Of a stretch of 39,268 nt of DNA, positions 19,520 through 31,653 are shown in pieces (the stretch's first letter is position 1; each line of letters begins with the position of its first letter). The notes beneath the pieces are model-generated. The model was not told where the DNA came from and searched no databases. It saw nothing but the letters and a program-made list of their open reading frames with translations. The position numbers were made by a program, and so were the translations under genes. Location of the stretch: contig ADNK01000211.1 of NCBI GenBank assembly GCA_000320545.1, positions 1-39,268 of the forward strand. Direction: 5' to 3'. This stretch comes from Bigelowiella natans CCMP2755. Taxonomy: Eukaryota > Protista > Cercozoa.

Positions 19520-21251
19520 GTGTGGTGTATGCGTTTGTATTGTTTTGTTGAAATAGAGGCAGATAGTTAATCATTGCTGTTATTCTGATCGACTTAGCTC
19601 CTTATCAACGCCCAAAGTAAGAAGCCAGTGGCCCAATTCGCATTGACGGCCTCTTTCAAGATTACGGTAGAAGTCGGCAACTTTTGTGTCACTGTCACAC
19701 TGAAAAGTTCCTTAGTCTTTCTAAGAATGCAGATGTGTGTATGTGTGTATGTGTGTGTGTGCGCGCGCGCGCGTGCGACGAACCATAACCAGGAATGATG
19801 GCCATTACCTTACGTTACCTAGAATGTATTCGCACCCTTATTGAATCACGCGCACACCACACCACATGCTGTATATATTTGTTTGAAATTTCATATGTTA
19901 CGTATTCTTTACATCTTGATTTGCGTTGCAACCTCCCTTCTGCTCCCCCTCCCCGGCTACTCTCTCCTGTTTTTTTCCCGCAGCTCCTTCCAAACAACTA
20001 CGCCCAGTTCTTCGATTCTCAAAACAACCGATTTGCTGCGTACTTTGGAAAAGAGAAGGTGGTAGCGCGATGATGTCGTCGCTGCTCTTCCAAAGGCAGC
20101 GCGCGCACAGACACACTTACCCCTTAACGCGTAACTGCTTTGCTGATTCTGATCTCCACCGTTGGAATTGTTTTGAAGGGGGAAGAGGTGCGGGCCGCGT
20201 TTATGACGAAACTTGCCCAGGTTCAGTACGCCGAGGCTGTCAGGGCAGAGGGGCAGCTCAAAGATCTAATCATCGTTGATTTGACATTGGGGACTGGTAA
20301 GTGTTTTTCGGGGGGGGGTCGGGAAGAAAACTTGGATGGGTGATAGGGTCCAACAAACAAGAAAGCTCTCGACGATTTTCTCGTCTTGAGTCTTTCCTTG
20401 AGAACTTCGAGCTTCTCTCAAAGAAGGATATGTGCCCTTTAAGATTTATGCACGATGCCAATGGTGGTATTATTGTTCCTGCGTTATCACCTTCCTGGCT
20501 GTCGTGCTCCCTCTTCTCCCTGACGCAACCATGACCATTGTCTTGTTCTTCAAACTCCCCTCCCGTCCCCCCCCTCCTCCTCTTCTCCCTCTCAGACAAT
20601 CCCGTGGAGCAGAACGACCTGGTGAACATCAGCTACGAGATCCACCTCCCCGCCGCGGGGGTGGAGTACCTGAAGGGGGGCCCGCTGGTCTCGCCGGTGG
20701 CAGCGGTGCCGAAGAAGAAATTCAAGATCGGTGATACAAGGGAGCTCAAGGTCATCCTGGGACTCGATAAAGGCGTCCGCGGGATGTCTAAGGGCGGCAA
20801 GAGACTCCTAGTCGTCCCGCCCGCGCTTGCTTACGGGGACCGTGAGAGCGCTACCATCCCCAAGAATGCCACCCTCCTCGTAAAGGTCACCCTCAACAAG
20901 TGCAAGCATGCAGCTGCTGGCGCTACGAAGGCCTCGTCGCAGCAGCAGCAGCAGCAGCAGCAGCAACAACGGCAAGTGGCCAGCAGCGGAGGCGGTAATA
21001 GCGGCGCCATACCATTCATCCCTAGCAGCAGCTTTGTGGGCGAGCGCAAGGGCTATGTCTTCCGCGCAGGCGAAAAGGTGTTTGCTACTGGTGTGGTGGG
21101 GGGGGGGGGGGGGGGGGGGGGGGGGAAAAAAATTACATCTCTTTCTCCCCACTACATATATGGTGATTTACGCCAATACCCCTACCGGGGGTGGGGGGAG
21201 TATTCAGAGGGAAAACCATCGCTGTGTCAACTTCAATAAATGGTGATCTCT

Positions 21252-21319
<68 letters not shown>

Positions 21320-23689
21320 CCACTTCATACGCACGTTCAGGGCAATGGATACTATCCTGACCCGCACCACAGTGCCGCTACTACTCCTACCAGCAATGTT
21401 CCCAAAGCTGCTGCTGCTACTAGTGCCATAGATGAAGAGACTCCTGGCAGGAGGTCTCGTGCTGGCTCCCTCAAGCAGCGGATGGCTGCCTTGGCCAACG
21501 CTGGAGGGTTCAATCCAATGCTTCTCGCCGCCAACAATACCAAGCAGCAGCAGTCTCATCCTACAGCTCACACCACCCACCCCTCCCAGCCCCCGACCCC
21601 TGCCGTCGCTGCAGCTACGTTGCCTCCCCAAAACATTCAATCTGCCACCACCACCGCCCACCCCCCTTCCTCCATCGTACCCCCTGCGGCCGCTGCCGCC
21701 GCCGCCGCCGCCGCCTCCACAAGCGGGAGTTATCCGCACGACAATACAGGACCCTACGGGTACAGTGACACTGAGTAGTGGTGGTGGTGGTGGTGGTGGT
21801 GATGATGATTTAAGCGCAGAAAGAACAATCCCTACCACCCTAACGAATATTTATTTATCAGATTCCAGCGGCCGCCGCAGCAGCAGCAGCCACCCGCACA
21901 ACATCCTCACCAGCTCCATCAGCTCGCGGGGATGATGCCCTCCCCCCACAATCCGTATATGATGGGAGGAGGGGGCGGGGGGCAGCCGTACGGGTCGCCG
22001 TCCTTATTCGAGATCCAGTACATGCTGCGCACAATGAGCGAGAAGCTCGATAAACTGCACTCGTCTCTCGGTAGCGGCAACGGACTCTTCGAGGCAGCCC
22101 AGTCGGGTTCGACAGCAGCAGCGACGGGTGCCGGAGGAGGGGGGGGGGGGGGGGGAGCGATGATATCCAAGGCGATGGTGCTGGCTACGATACAGCAGGT
22201 TGCTGATGAGCGCAAGCAGCTGAAGCAGCAGCAAAGCGACCAGCAGGACCGCATCACCTCCCTCCAGAAGAAGCTCTCCGATATGCACGAGAAGAACCAG
22301 AAGTACATGGGCGAGATCTCGCGGCTGCAGGAGGAGCGGTTCGCCAACATGCAGAAGTCCAACTCGGAGTCCCACTCGCAGCTCCTCGCGCTGCAGGAGG
22401 AGAAGCGCACGCAGATGCTGGAGATCAACGAGCTCAAGATGAAGGCCGCGGGCCAGGCCCACCAGATCAAAATGCTCGAGCAGGAGAAGGAGATTACCGA
22501 GAAAAGCCTCACCGCCGCCGCTGAGGCCAAGGTAGAGGCCGAGAAGGCTAAAGCTGAGGCGGAGAAGGCTGCAAGCGATGCGAAGGCACAAATGGACGCC
22601 GCTGGCAGCTCGGAGGCCAACGTCAGATCGGAGCTGAAAGAGGCCCTTGCGGCATGCGAGACTCTTAAGGCAAAAGCCGCAGGTTATGAGTCCGAGGTCA
22701 CCGAGCTTCGGCAATCGAAGGAGCAGCATCAAGGCGAGCTCCAGGAGCACAAAAAGGCTGCCGAGGGCCTAAGCGAGCAGTTGCAGTCTACCAAGCAAGA
22801 GCTAGAGCGAGCGATGAGTGAGTTGACCACGCTGAAGAAAAGCAGCGACGACACCACCTCTAACTCTGCCGCGCTACTTGCCAACGCCGAGAGGGAGTTG
22901 AAGCGGATCTCGGAGGAGCTCGCGAATGCCCAGAAGACAATACAAGAGAACCAGGACAACGAGGCGTCGATCAAGGCCAACGTCGAGTCCCTCCAGGCTG
23001 AGCTGAAGGCCGAGCAAGAAGCAAGCGCCACAAGGAGGCAGAAGGTGATCGATGCTAGCAAGGCGAAGATCGACAAGCTCAAGGCTCAAATGAAGGAAAA
23101 GCTGCAATCGATCAATTCCCAGCTTAAACAGGCGACTGAGGAGGCAGCGGTGGAGCGAAAACGGGCCGAGGTGGCGGCGAGTAACGGAGTGAACAAGAAG
23201 GCCTTCGTGAAGGACTTTTACAAATCAGTCAGCACGCTATTCGCCGGCGAGATCGGACAGAAAGGCATCACCATGACCGAGGTTGCATTCAGCGCCAAAA
23301 ACGCAGTGGACGTCGTGAAACAGGCGCTGCGATCGGTCGCCAAATCGTCACCTTCAGAGACGGCAGCAGGCAGCAGCAGCAGAGGCGGTAACACACCTGC
23401 AGCAGCAGCCCAAGAAGGCGGCGCGGACAAGAAGGACGCCGCACCAGCCGGTTCCAGCGACAACAATTCAACGTCAGAGAGCACGGCGACGGCGACGATA
23501 CCAACGGCGACAGCAGAATCAGTGGAAGGAGAAGGACAAGGAAAAGCCGAAGAAAAGGATGGGTCTGAAGACGATGATAACCAGAACAAGGAGACAACAT
23601 CATTGCCATCAGTAGAGGTAGAGAAAGGGGAGGGAGAAGCTGCCCAGCAAGCTGAAGATGGCAACGATGGCGCTCCTGAGTCCACATAA
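18806..23689 (+). CDS. FKBP15: FKBP15 (WAFL)-like protein: conserved N-terminus, WH1-like region, FKBP-type domain, low-complexity linker, long coiled coil, acidic tail; multi-exon
   Basis: N-terminus [36 protein letters not shown] resembles FKBP15; [18 protein letters not shown]; FKBP region [42 protein letters not shown]; large coiled-coil terminal exon ending at 23689. Confidence 0.75.
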
Positions 23690-24060
23690 TGCTTCAGTGA
23701 GATCTAGTGAACATGACTTGAAATGATCTAGATCACAAGAGGATTAGAACTTGAAGCAACTTGTTTTCACCAGTTAATTTTTTTTGCAATGTGCGCTCCC
23801 TGCCTGTTCTTTTCATAGGCGCGTCCGTGCCACATTGAAGCTAAATATTTGCTTTGCCAACATGTGGGCGTGTGTGTACGTCTCTAGGTCTGTTCAAGTG
23901 TGAATATCGCATGCAAGATGTGCCATGCTAGCATGCTAGCACAGCTTGACAGGTCAACGTACGCCTACGTACATGTGCATGACCATCTCATCAACGTCAT
24001 TAGCGCACATCATCATTGTGCATGCATGCCCGGCTAGATGGACGGGTTCATTGAGCATGC

Positions 24061-25058
24061 TAGCATGTGCGTTCTTCGGACCGTTGATGCAACAAAGTGG
24101 TCCAGTTGACCAACAAACAAACACAACCAGACAACTGGACAATCTTGGCGCTGCACGTTGGTCTCGATCCGCCATGCTGTGATCTTTGCGATCGACCACA
24201 AACTGTCGGTGCTCGCTGCTCTGGTTCTGCTCAACCGCCTGGCACAGGAATCGGGCGCTCACGCTGTCTGGGCTCCACGTTTTGGAATCGCTGTGGTCAA
24301 TCGACCAGACCTCCTGCTCCGACTTGCCCGTCTCGGGCAGGACTGGTGCGGGCTCCGAGCGGTTGCAAAACGTGAGTGGGGCGTGATGTCGAGACACATC
24401 GCAGCGCATGAACCACATTTCCAAAACGTTGCAAGACGTTTGCAGAGTGCGAAACGCAGTGCCTCGAACCAACTTTGGTGAGGGCAATGACTGGTCAACT
24501 AGCAGATTTTTTGAGTGAAAGTGAGCAAGCTGCAAGTCATTGTGAGACAATGTGACTGGCAGCAATGTGGCGAAGGCGCAAGGTGTCAACTCTGATCAGG
24601 AACTTCCTGAACGCAACATCCACCCGACGATCCACGTTGGGATCATCCGAAGGAGCACCCAGCAAGACCAAAAACAATGAAACTAGGAACGGAGGAGTGG
24701 CCACAATGCCGTTCTTGATTCCTTTTGGTTTCACTAGATGGTCCTCACTGAAGTTAGTTCGAGGCGCTGCGTTTCGCACATTGCAAATGTCTTGTCACAT
24801 TTTGGAAATGCAGTTCTTCATCATTGTTCATTGTTCATTGTTCTTGAAAGCACGTTCACGCCAACACGTGCTCACTTTTTGTCGTGAATGGTCGCCTTCC
24901 AAGCAGAGCGAACATTGCTGTGAGGAACACACTTTTCTCGAGCATGAGAGTGGCTCTGGGCCCGGATTCTCCTGCCTGTTCCTCATTCTTTGATGCTCCT
25001 GACTCTGTCAAGACCAGAGTCTGCCAATTTTTGCAAATTCGGTTTCAATCAACCACAG
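24061..25058. other. Intergenic TpA-depleted island 2
   Basis: Manual count: 5 TpA in ~1 kb (4 CTAG, 1 TTAG); none in ~24063-24498. Confidence 0.85.
24410..24816. repeat. Degenerate inverted repeat: 76-bp arms (24410-24485 and 24741-24816), ~83% identical, 255-bp spacer
   Basis: Ungapped manual alignment: 13 mismatches in 76, 11 of them transitions. Confidence 0.8.
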
Positions 25059-25408
25059 GTACCGGTAGTCAAAGGACATCGAAATCCTTGTCCCAGCATC
25101 AAAATGCCATGCATTGTTTCTGTTTTTCTGAGGAGAAGCAGGGCAAGCACAGATCTGTCACAAGGAGGAGCATCACAGCAAACCAGCCATGGGAACTAAG
25201 CAGTCCAATGAAGGCAAACATCGAGGCTAAGACTAACGAAGGTACAGTGTGACAACAAAAAACGCTTCATTTCTTGGAAATTCAATGGCATTTTTCATGC
25301 TATTTTTTTGCACCCGGTACTCCCGGCAGGAGGTATTGAGGCAATCCAGAGAGAGCGAGAGAGGGGAGGGGAGAGAGAGAGAGAAAGGAGTTGCAGCTTG
25401 GAGATCGG

Positions 25409-27127
25409 ATGACGAGCCGCTTTATCCTTCGCTTCGGCATCAGCAATGGACTCACCCCGAAACTGTCATTCGGATCTGGGCCGCAGCGCAAAGGAACGAT
25501 CTTGGGTCGGGGTTGGTTCTTCACCCGCGGAAAGGATCGAGGTAGCTTTCGGGATTTTCTCACAACAGATTCCCTCCCCCAAACCCCGTTCCCCATTGCT
25601 TCGCGTATCTCCTAGCCTTCATCAAAAACACCTTAAGGAGTAAGGCAATGCATTTTTTGTGCTCTTTAGGGACAACGAGGTCATTTTCGTCCACCATTAA
25701 ACCGGGTACGATGAAAGCATTGGCAATTCAAAGTTTTGGAGATCCTGACGTCTTTCAACCGCTCGAAGTCGCTATTCCTCAACCAGGCCCCGGGGAAGTT
25801 CTCATTAAAATGGTGCGGAAAACCTCTACGACTATAACTATCATCACAGCACGACACGAACCCAGAGCTTAAATTAAGAACTTCATGTCCATCATTGTGG
25901 CGCCAATGTCAGGCAGCCACGAGCGTAAACCCAATTGACATCAAATGCCGGCTAGCACCCCGTCCGATCACGAACGACCTACCTGCGATTCTTGGCTGCG
26001 ATGTATCAGGCACGGTGGTAAAGCTTGGTTCGGGTGCGAGCAGCCACGCCCTCCGAGAGGGCGACCGCGTGTATGGATGCGCAGGTCACGCCACCCATTT
26101 GACCATCTGCAGATAATTCCCGCTTTATTGAATGCGTGGTGAGGACGCAATAGCATTGGCAGTGGTGATACATCAACGCGCGTGTGTTTGATATTTCTTC
26201 AGGTGGCGTTCGGGGAGTAGGTGGGTCATATGCCCAATACATATCAGCCGATGCGAGGCTTTTATCTCCCGCCCCAGACTTCCTCGGCGTGCGCGAAGCT
26301 GCAGCTATGCCTCTTGTCACAATAACTGCATGGGAAGGCCTTGAGCGAGCCGGTGTGAAAGAAGGCGACAAGGTGCTGATTCATGGAGGTGCTGGAGGTG
26401 TTGGCCACATCGCGATACAACTGGCAAAAGTGCGAGGGGCCGAGGTCTTCACGACAGTCTCATCTCCTGTGAAAGAAAAGATTGCCGCTGATCTAGGCGC
26501 AGACCACACGATCAACTACAGGTTATTTCCCCCCATCTTTCACACTTACTATTTTTCTTCGATCTAGTTCTCGAGACGCATCATCGTCCGCTGCAATTCG
26601 TGAAAACAGTTTGGCAAATATTGACTGTAGACCGATGTATTTCTGTTCATAGGAACGTAGGCGTAGCTGACTACGTCAATGAGATGACGGGGGGGGCTGG
26701 ATTCGACGTCGTATTTGACGCCACAGGGGGGGGCAACATTTGCTCTTCATTCGAGGCCACGAAGGTGAACGGCCAGGTATTGATAAAAATCGTCTTCTTT
26801 CTCCATGCATATAGTTATGACATTACTCCTTCTTAAATGTTGGCGTAGGTCGTTACAATTGTATCACAGTACGAGGCCGACTTGTCGCAGATGCATTTTA
26901 AAGGGCTTAGCTTGCATGTTGTTTTTATGCTCATAAATATGCTCCACAATCTCAACAGAGAGAAACATGGGCAGATCATGCGAGAGGCGGCGCAGCTGGT
27001 CCATGAAGGAAAATTAAGACCATTGCTCGATCAAAGTAACTTTTCATTAGATGACATTGCTGATGCACACAGACACGTGGAGAGCGGCAAGGCAACAGGA
27101 AAAGTAGTTGTTGACATAGATGTTTAG
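25409..27127 (+). CDS. MDR-superfamily NAD(P)H:quinone oxidoreductase-like protein (zinc-independent type); mature domain from 25711, probable N-terminal transit-peptide exon 25409-25541
   Basis: MKALAIQSFGDPDVF..PQPGPGEVLIKM|AATSVNPID..PAILGCDVSGTV..GDRVYGCAG|GVRGVGGSYAQY..AAAMPLVTITAWEGL..VLIHGGAGGVGHIAIQLAK..GFDVVFD..AHRHVESGKATGKVVV; four GT-AG introns in the mature part. Confidence 0.9.
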
Positions 27128-28272
27128 AAATATACCCGGTTATTACGATGACCTTGTTGATAATGCCCGAAGTGAGCACTTTCAGTGTTGCAACGAAAAT
27201 TGGACAAACATAGGTCAAATCACACAAATTGAGATCGACGATCACATGTGATGTGGGCCAAATTGGTTGTTTCCTGTGAACGCATTTAGTTGTAAATGTG
27301 TTTGTGCATTTTCAAGCATCAAGTGCATATTCACCTCCTACGATGAGCGGTGTGTGCGCGCTACCGTGGTGGCTGCGTGTTCGCCGCATGCACAATCGCT
27401 AATCGTTCACATGCCTGCACACCACCTACACGTACATCACTAGATCACTCGTCATCATCACGCAACGGTCATCATACGCACAAGTGTCATCCAATGGGCA
27501 CAACACCCATGAAAGCAACCATGTATTGTGCGTACAGAGTCATGTGCATGTATATGCATGCACATGCAATGTTCCAGCATGAGGAGTTCTCACAAGGAAA
27601 ACAAGCAGGAATCTCAGCGCATGACACTGCTAGACTGCTAGACTGTGACCACTGATGAATGCAGTTTGGTTCATTCTAGCGACAAAAAGTTGCATTGGTA
27701 ATCGTCTCTACATGAACCATTCTGCATGAATCCATGCTTTGCATTTTGACGTGAAATGCCAAGTTGACAAAGACACAAATCAACGATCTCGTGACGAGTG
27801 ATGAGGTGGCGGTTCACTGGAGAAAAAGTTTCACACCTGTCGAAGAAAAACAACAGAGCTCCCTGTCAAAAGACCAGACTTTGCTTGGAAGAGTCAGTAC
27901 TTCTGGAATGAATCAATTCCCTTGGTAGATCTCAAAGGATCATCAGGTGTGCAAACTCATCTGCACCCTCCAGCCGTGAGAAGCCGGAGCGAGTCGATTT
28001 CGCACCGGTCGCTCGCGGTCAAGAAAGAAAAGGTTTACAAAGCCTGCGACAAATCCTTGCATGTCGCTGGTGGGAAAACGGGGGTAATTTTAGGCATTTT
28101 TTAATGTTTATTTTGTCGGCCGAGACTCATAATAAAAAACGTGCGAACACGCTCCCGCCCCTCTACACCCACCTCCACTACTTGCGTCCCGACTCCTTCT
28201 TTGGGTTCCCGAACAGCCCGCGCGGGTCCTCTGCCTTCCATTTGCTGAGTAGAGCTGGATATACGAGCAACG

Positions 28273-28704
28273 ATGTGGGCGGAATCGCCGGAAATCGCCG
28301 AGTTTCACGAGCACGCACGTTCCGAGATACGCCGGGAGGTCACCAACGAAGTCAAGTGTAAGGTCTAGCATACTACCAAACCATTTCCTTATTGGTGATC
28401 CCCCCCCCACCCCCAATAGCGCGACTAATCTAACCTGCCTTACAGAAAATCACAGAATGCGCGACCTATGATGAATTCAAAGAACACGTTGCCGCTGCCT
28501 TCCTGAAACCTATAGATATACGCAGGTAATTTCAGCTGGCACACAACAGATTTCTGGTTTTCGACAATTTCAGATTCACAGTATTTACGAGTGCAAATAA
28601 TGCAAGTCCCTTGAATATTCCTCGTATTGCACCATCGCTGCAAAAAAATCATTCCTGACGCATTTACACGTTACAACCCTAGTGAAACGCAACCACAACA
28701 CAGC

Positions 28705-28740
<36 letters not shown>

Positions 28741-29398
28741 GAATATTCATCAATCCCACCTCCACCACCGCTTTGAATCAGGAAACCCGGCGCAAGAGAT
28801 GCCACCCCGAGTACAGCACACGACAGCAACATCGCTAACCTCATGGAGAAGGTCACTGATTTAATGATAAAATAAGGCGAAAGAAGAGGGCTATGTGTGT
28901 GATGACAACTTAGCCTTGGCCTATTGTCAACCATAGCGTCTGTACGTTTGTTCTGAGCTGCTCCTCATTGTTATCATTGTGTGTCCTGATTCGTAGGAAA
29001 AGACTGATGACGTGTGCGATAAGCTAGCGAAGGTCTGATGGTGTATTGAGAAGGAACTATTAGTGGGAAGTTCTTGCTTAAAAACGTTCGTGAAAAAGCG
29101 AGGAAGCATTTAACATCTGATATACATATTCACACGCACATTAATTTGATTTATATATCACCACATCATCATCATATCATCATCACCAGCATTGTTTGTT
29201 TCTGATGATTTTATCATCGTTAATACAGGAACTCACAGACATCGATCTTTCTGACGTCAAGTGTCCGCAGAATGCGTTTGATTTTGAAAAGGACTGGTAG
29301 TGCTAACTTAATTTTCATTTGTAAGGAACGGGGGGTGGAAGAGGATGGAGAGGGGGGCAGCATTGTTGGTTGTTACGGCTTCATTTATGATGATTTGT

Positions 29399-29465
<67 letters not shown>

Positions 29466-30592
29466 ATGTTTGCCCGGTGAAGGCGGCGAGCGTGCAAGAG
29501 CAGCCAGAGCAAAGTGAAATATCTGCGGAAGATTCCATGGAAGAAGTACCGAAAGATCTTCAAGGTGGAGGGAAGGTATTATACGCATCATCTCCCTAAG
29601 AGCACAGTGGTTGGTTTAGCACATTGGGAGGCAACAACACAGGAAAAAGACTAAAGGAAGAGATAGACACGCCCAACCGTCCCCCCTTCCGCCGTATAGA
29701 CAATCATCAGCAGGCTCGTGAATTCACCAACATCCCAGCGCGTCGTAATGCTGTTTTCCCCGTTCTTTCCTAATAGCCTGACTATGCTCGGCGACATAAT
29801 CACCGCGCTGTATAAAGAGCGACGGAAAGAGGGAGTGAAGGAAGAAGATAGATTAGACTACGAGGAGTTCCTTTTCGCGACATTCCGGGGCCTCTCAAGG
29901 ATCAGGGGGATATCCATGGTCGCGGTTGCGTGTTTGCTATGTTGTGGTGGTAGCGATTGAGTATGTGATATTAGACCCTTACATGTGTTTTTGGCAATCG
30001 TGCTATCTCACCGTTGTTGACCTCTGCTCTTTCCCCCCACTTTAACATCGGTGGATGGACTGCTACTACTGCTATAGTAGTATTGGTCATATTAACAATG
30101 CTGCCAAGCGTCACTTCTGCGGTCGGTTGGAACTGCTGCTACTACTCTTTCTGTTACTACTATCTACCACCACCAGCAAGCCTATAAAAACGGTGCTGAT
30201 GCTGCTGCTGATACTGATCATGCCATAGGCCGTCGCGTTCCTAGAAGATGAGGTGAATATGTGCAAGGAGATCTTCCGCGAACTCAAAAAGACAGCAAAA
30301 TCCAGGTCTTCATTCATCAGAAAAACCTGGCCTTTTTTTGCTTTTTTTGTGGGGCGGGGGGCGGGGGGCGGGGGTAGTCTTTTGAGATGGAGCTTATCGT
30401 GGATAAAATAGCATTTTTATCTTGTTCGTCAAAAGGCAACCGGATACTATGGTTGTGTTTGCGCAAACGCAGACGTGTAAACCACTCGTTTCTTCTTGTT
30501 ACAGCGACGTTGGCTACACCGAGGCAGACGTTGACAAATTAGAGCCCACCTTCGTCGAAGACGACAGCGACGACGACGACAAGAACAAATGA
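28273..30592 (+). CDS. CCDC103: CCDC103-like dynein attachment factor (Dynein_attach_N plus RPAP3_C-like region); multi-exon
   Basis: Spliced ..EIRREVTNEVKCK|KITECATYDEFKEHVAAAFLKPID resembles the CCDC103 pattern eN.aK.ra....sYeEF...V.a.hLKP; C-terminal FRGLSRIRGISM..AVAFLEDEVNMCKEIFREL resembles RPAP3_C. Confidence 0.6.
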
Positions 30593-30977
30593 CCCATACA
30601 CAAAGGGTTGTGTTGATACCTCGATCTCAATCGCGAGCTTCTTCCTCTTAGCGCTGCGGCATCATCTAGTCATGTACACCATGCATTCAACAAATGAACG
30701 TAGTAAAACTAGCAATAGCTACATTGCGGTAGATATAGTGCTTGGCCGTCGTGCATCAGTAGCAGCTAGCAGAGTGCACGCATGCGCACACAAATAGACA
30801 TCGCATTTGGCTACAGGCTAGCAGATATAAGAATATATAATGACGCCGCAACTTTGAAGAAGAATTGCTAACATGCATGCGACGGCAGACACAGCTTGAC
30901 TACCACTCTGCTCGCGCTAAACTTCCTTCTGCTAGCTAGGGGTCGCCACACGATCCAGATCTACTAGCACAGATACG

Positions 30978-31616
30978 CTACGTCCACATCATTTCGATTT
31001 TCTGAGCTACCATCCCGTGATCGATCTTCCCGTGCAATTTCACCCCCCATAATGCATGAGCCTTGTCCTGCCGGAACTGCACGTCAGGGTCTACGTCAAG
31101 GACCACCCTGTCTGTGTACCCAACGTGGTCGCAGATCGTGGGATTTTTTTTCGCATAGACGTACTGCGGATATTGACTGTCAGGGGAGTTTGAGAACGTA
31201 TCGCCGAAGTAGCATTTCTTAATGGCTTCCTTCAGTGAGGCCGTGTCGTTGCGCATCTCCATGGCCGGCTCGTTCGCCCTCGTCCACGGGTTGACCTGTG
31301 GGTCGAACAGGAACTTGCACGGATCGGACGAAGGATCTGCGAACTTCATGCTAAACGAATAAGAGGGGAACGCCTTGGGCGGTATTTGAGCAGTCCAGAG
31401 AGAGCTGATCAAGTCGAAGTTCTCCTTGACGACCTCCCCCTCTTCGAACGTCATCAGCTCCTTTCCTCGAGGAGGATTTGTTTTATATTCGGTGGGAAGA
31501 GAAAATTGAGCCTGGGCCGCTGCTTTGGAGTACCTGTTTACGATGATAAATCATGGAGCACCAGGAGGGACGGCAACGACACAATTGAATCGTATATTTT
31601 TGTGATAAACAAACGG

Positions 31617-31653
<37 letters not shown>

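Noticed and set aside
21097-21125. Long poly-G runs (also near 45-60, 1690-1701, 15731-15753 as poly-C/G) as G-quadruplex elements
   Set aside because: Homopolymers and microsatellites are pervasive in introns here; nothing singles these out
21919-23687. Long minus-strand ORFs opposite the FKBP15-like terminal exon
   Set aside because: Antisense shadows of a GC-rich coiled-coil exon
23946-25252. Cluster of overlapping ORFs on both strands (up to 211 aa)
   Set aside because: Expected by-product of missing TAA/TAG stops in the TpA-free island; no recognisable domain
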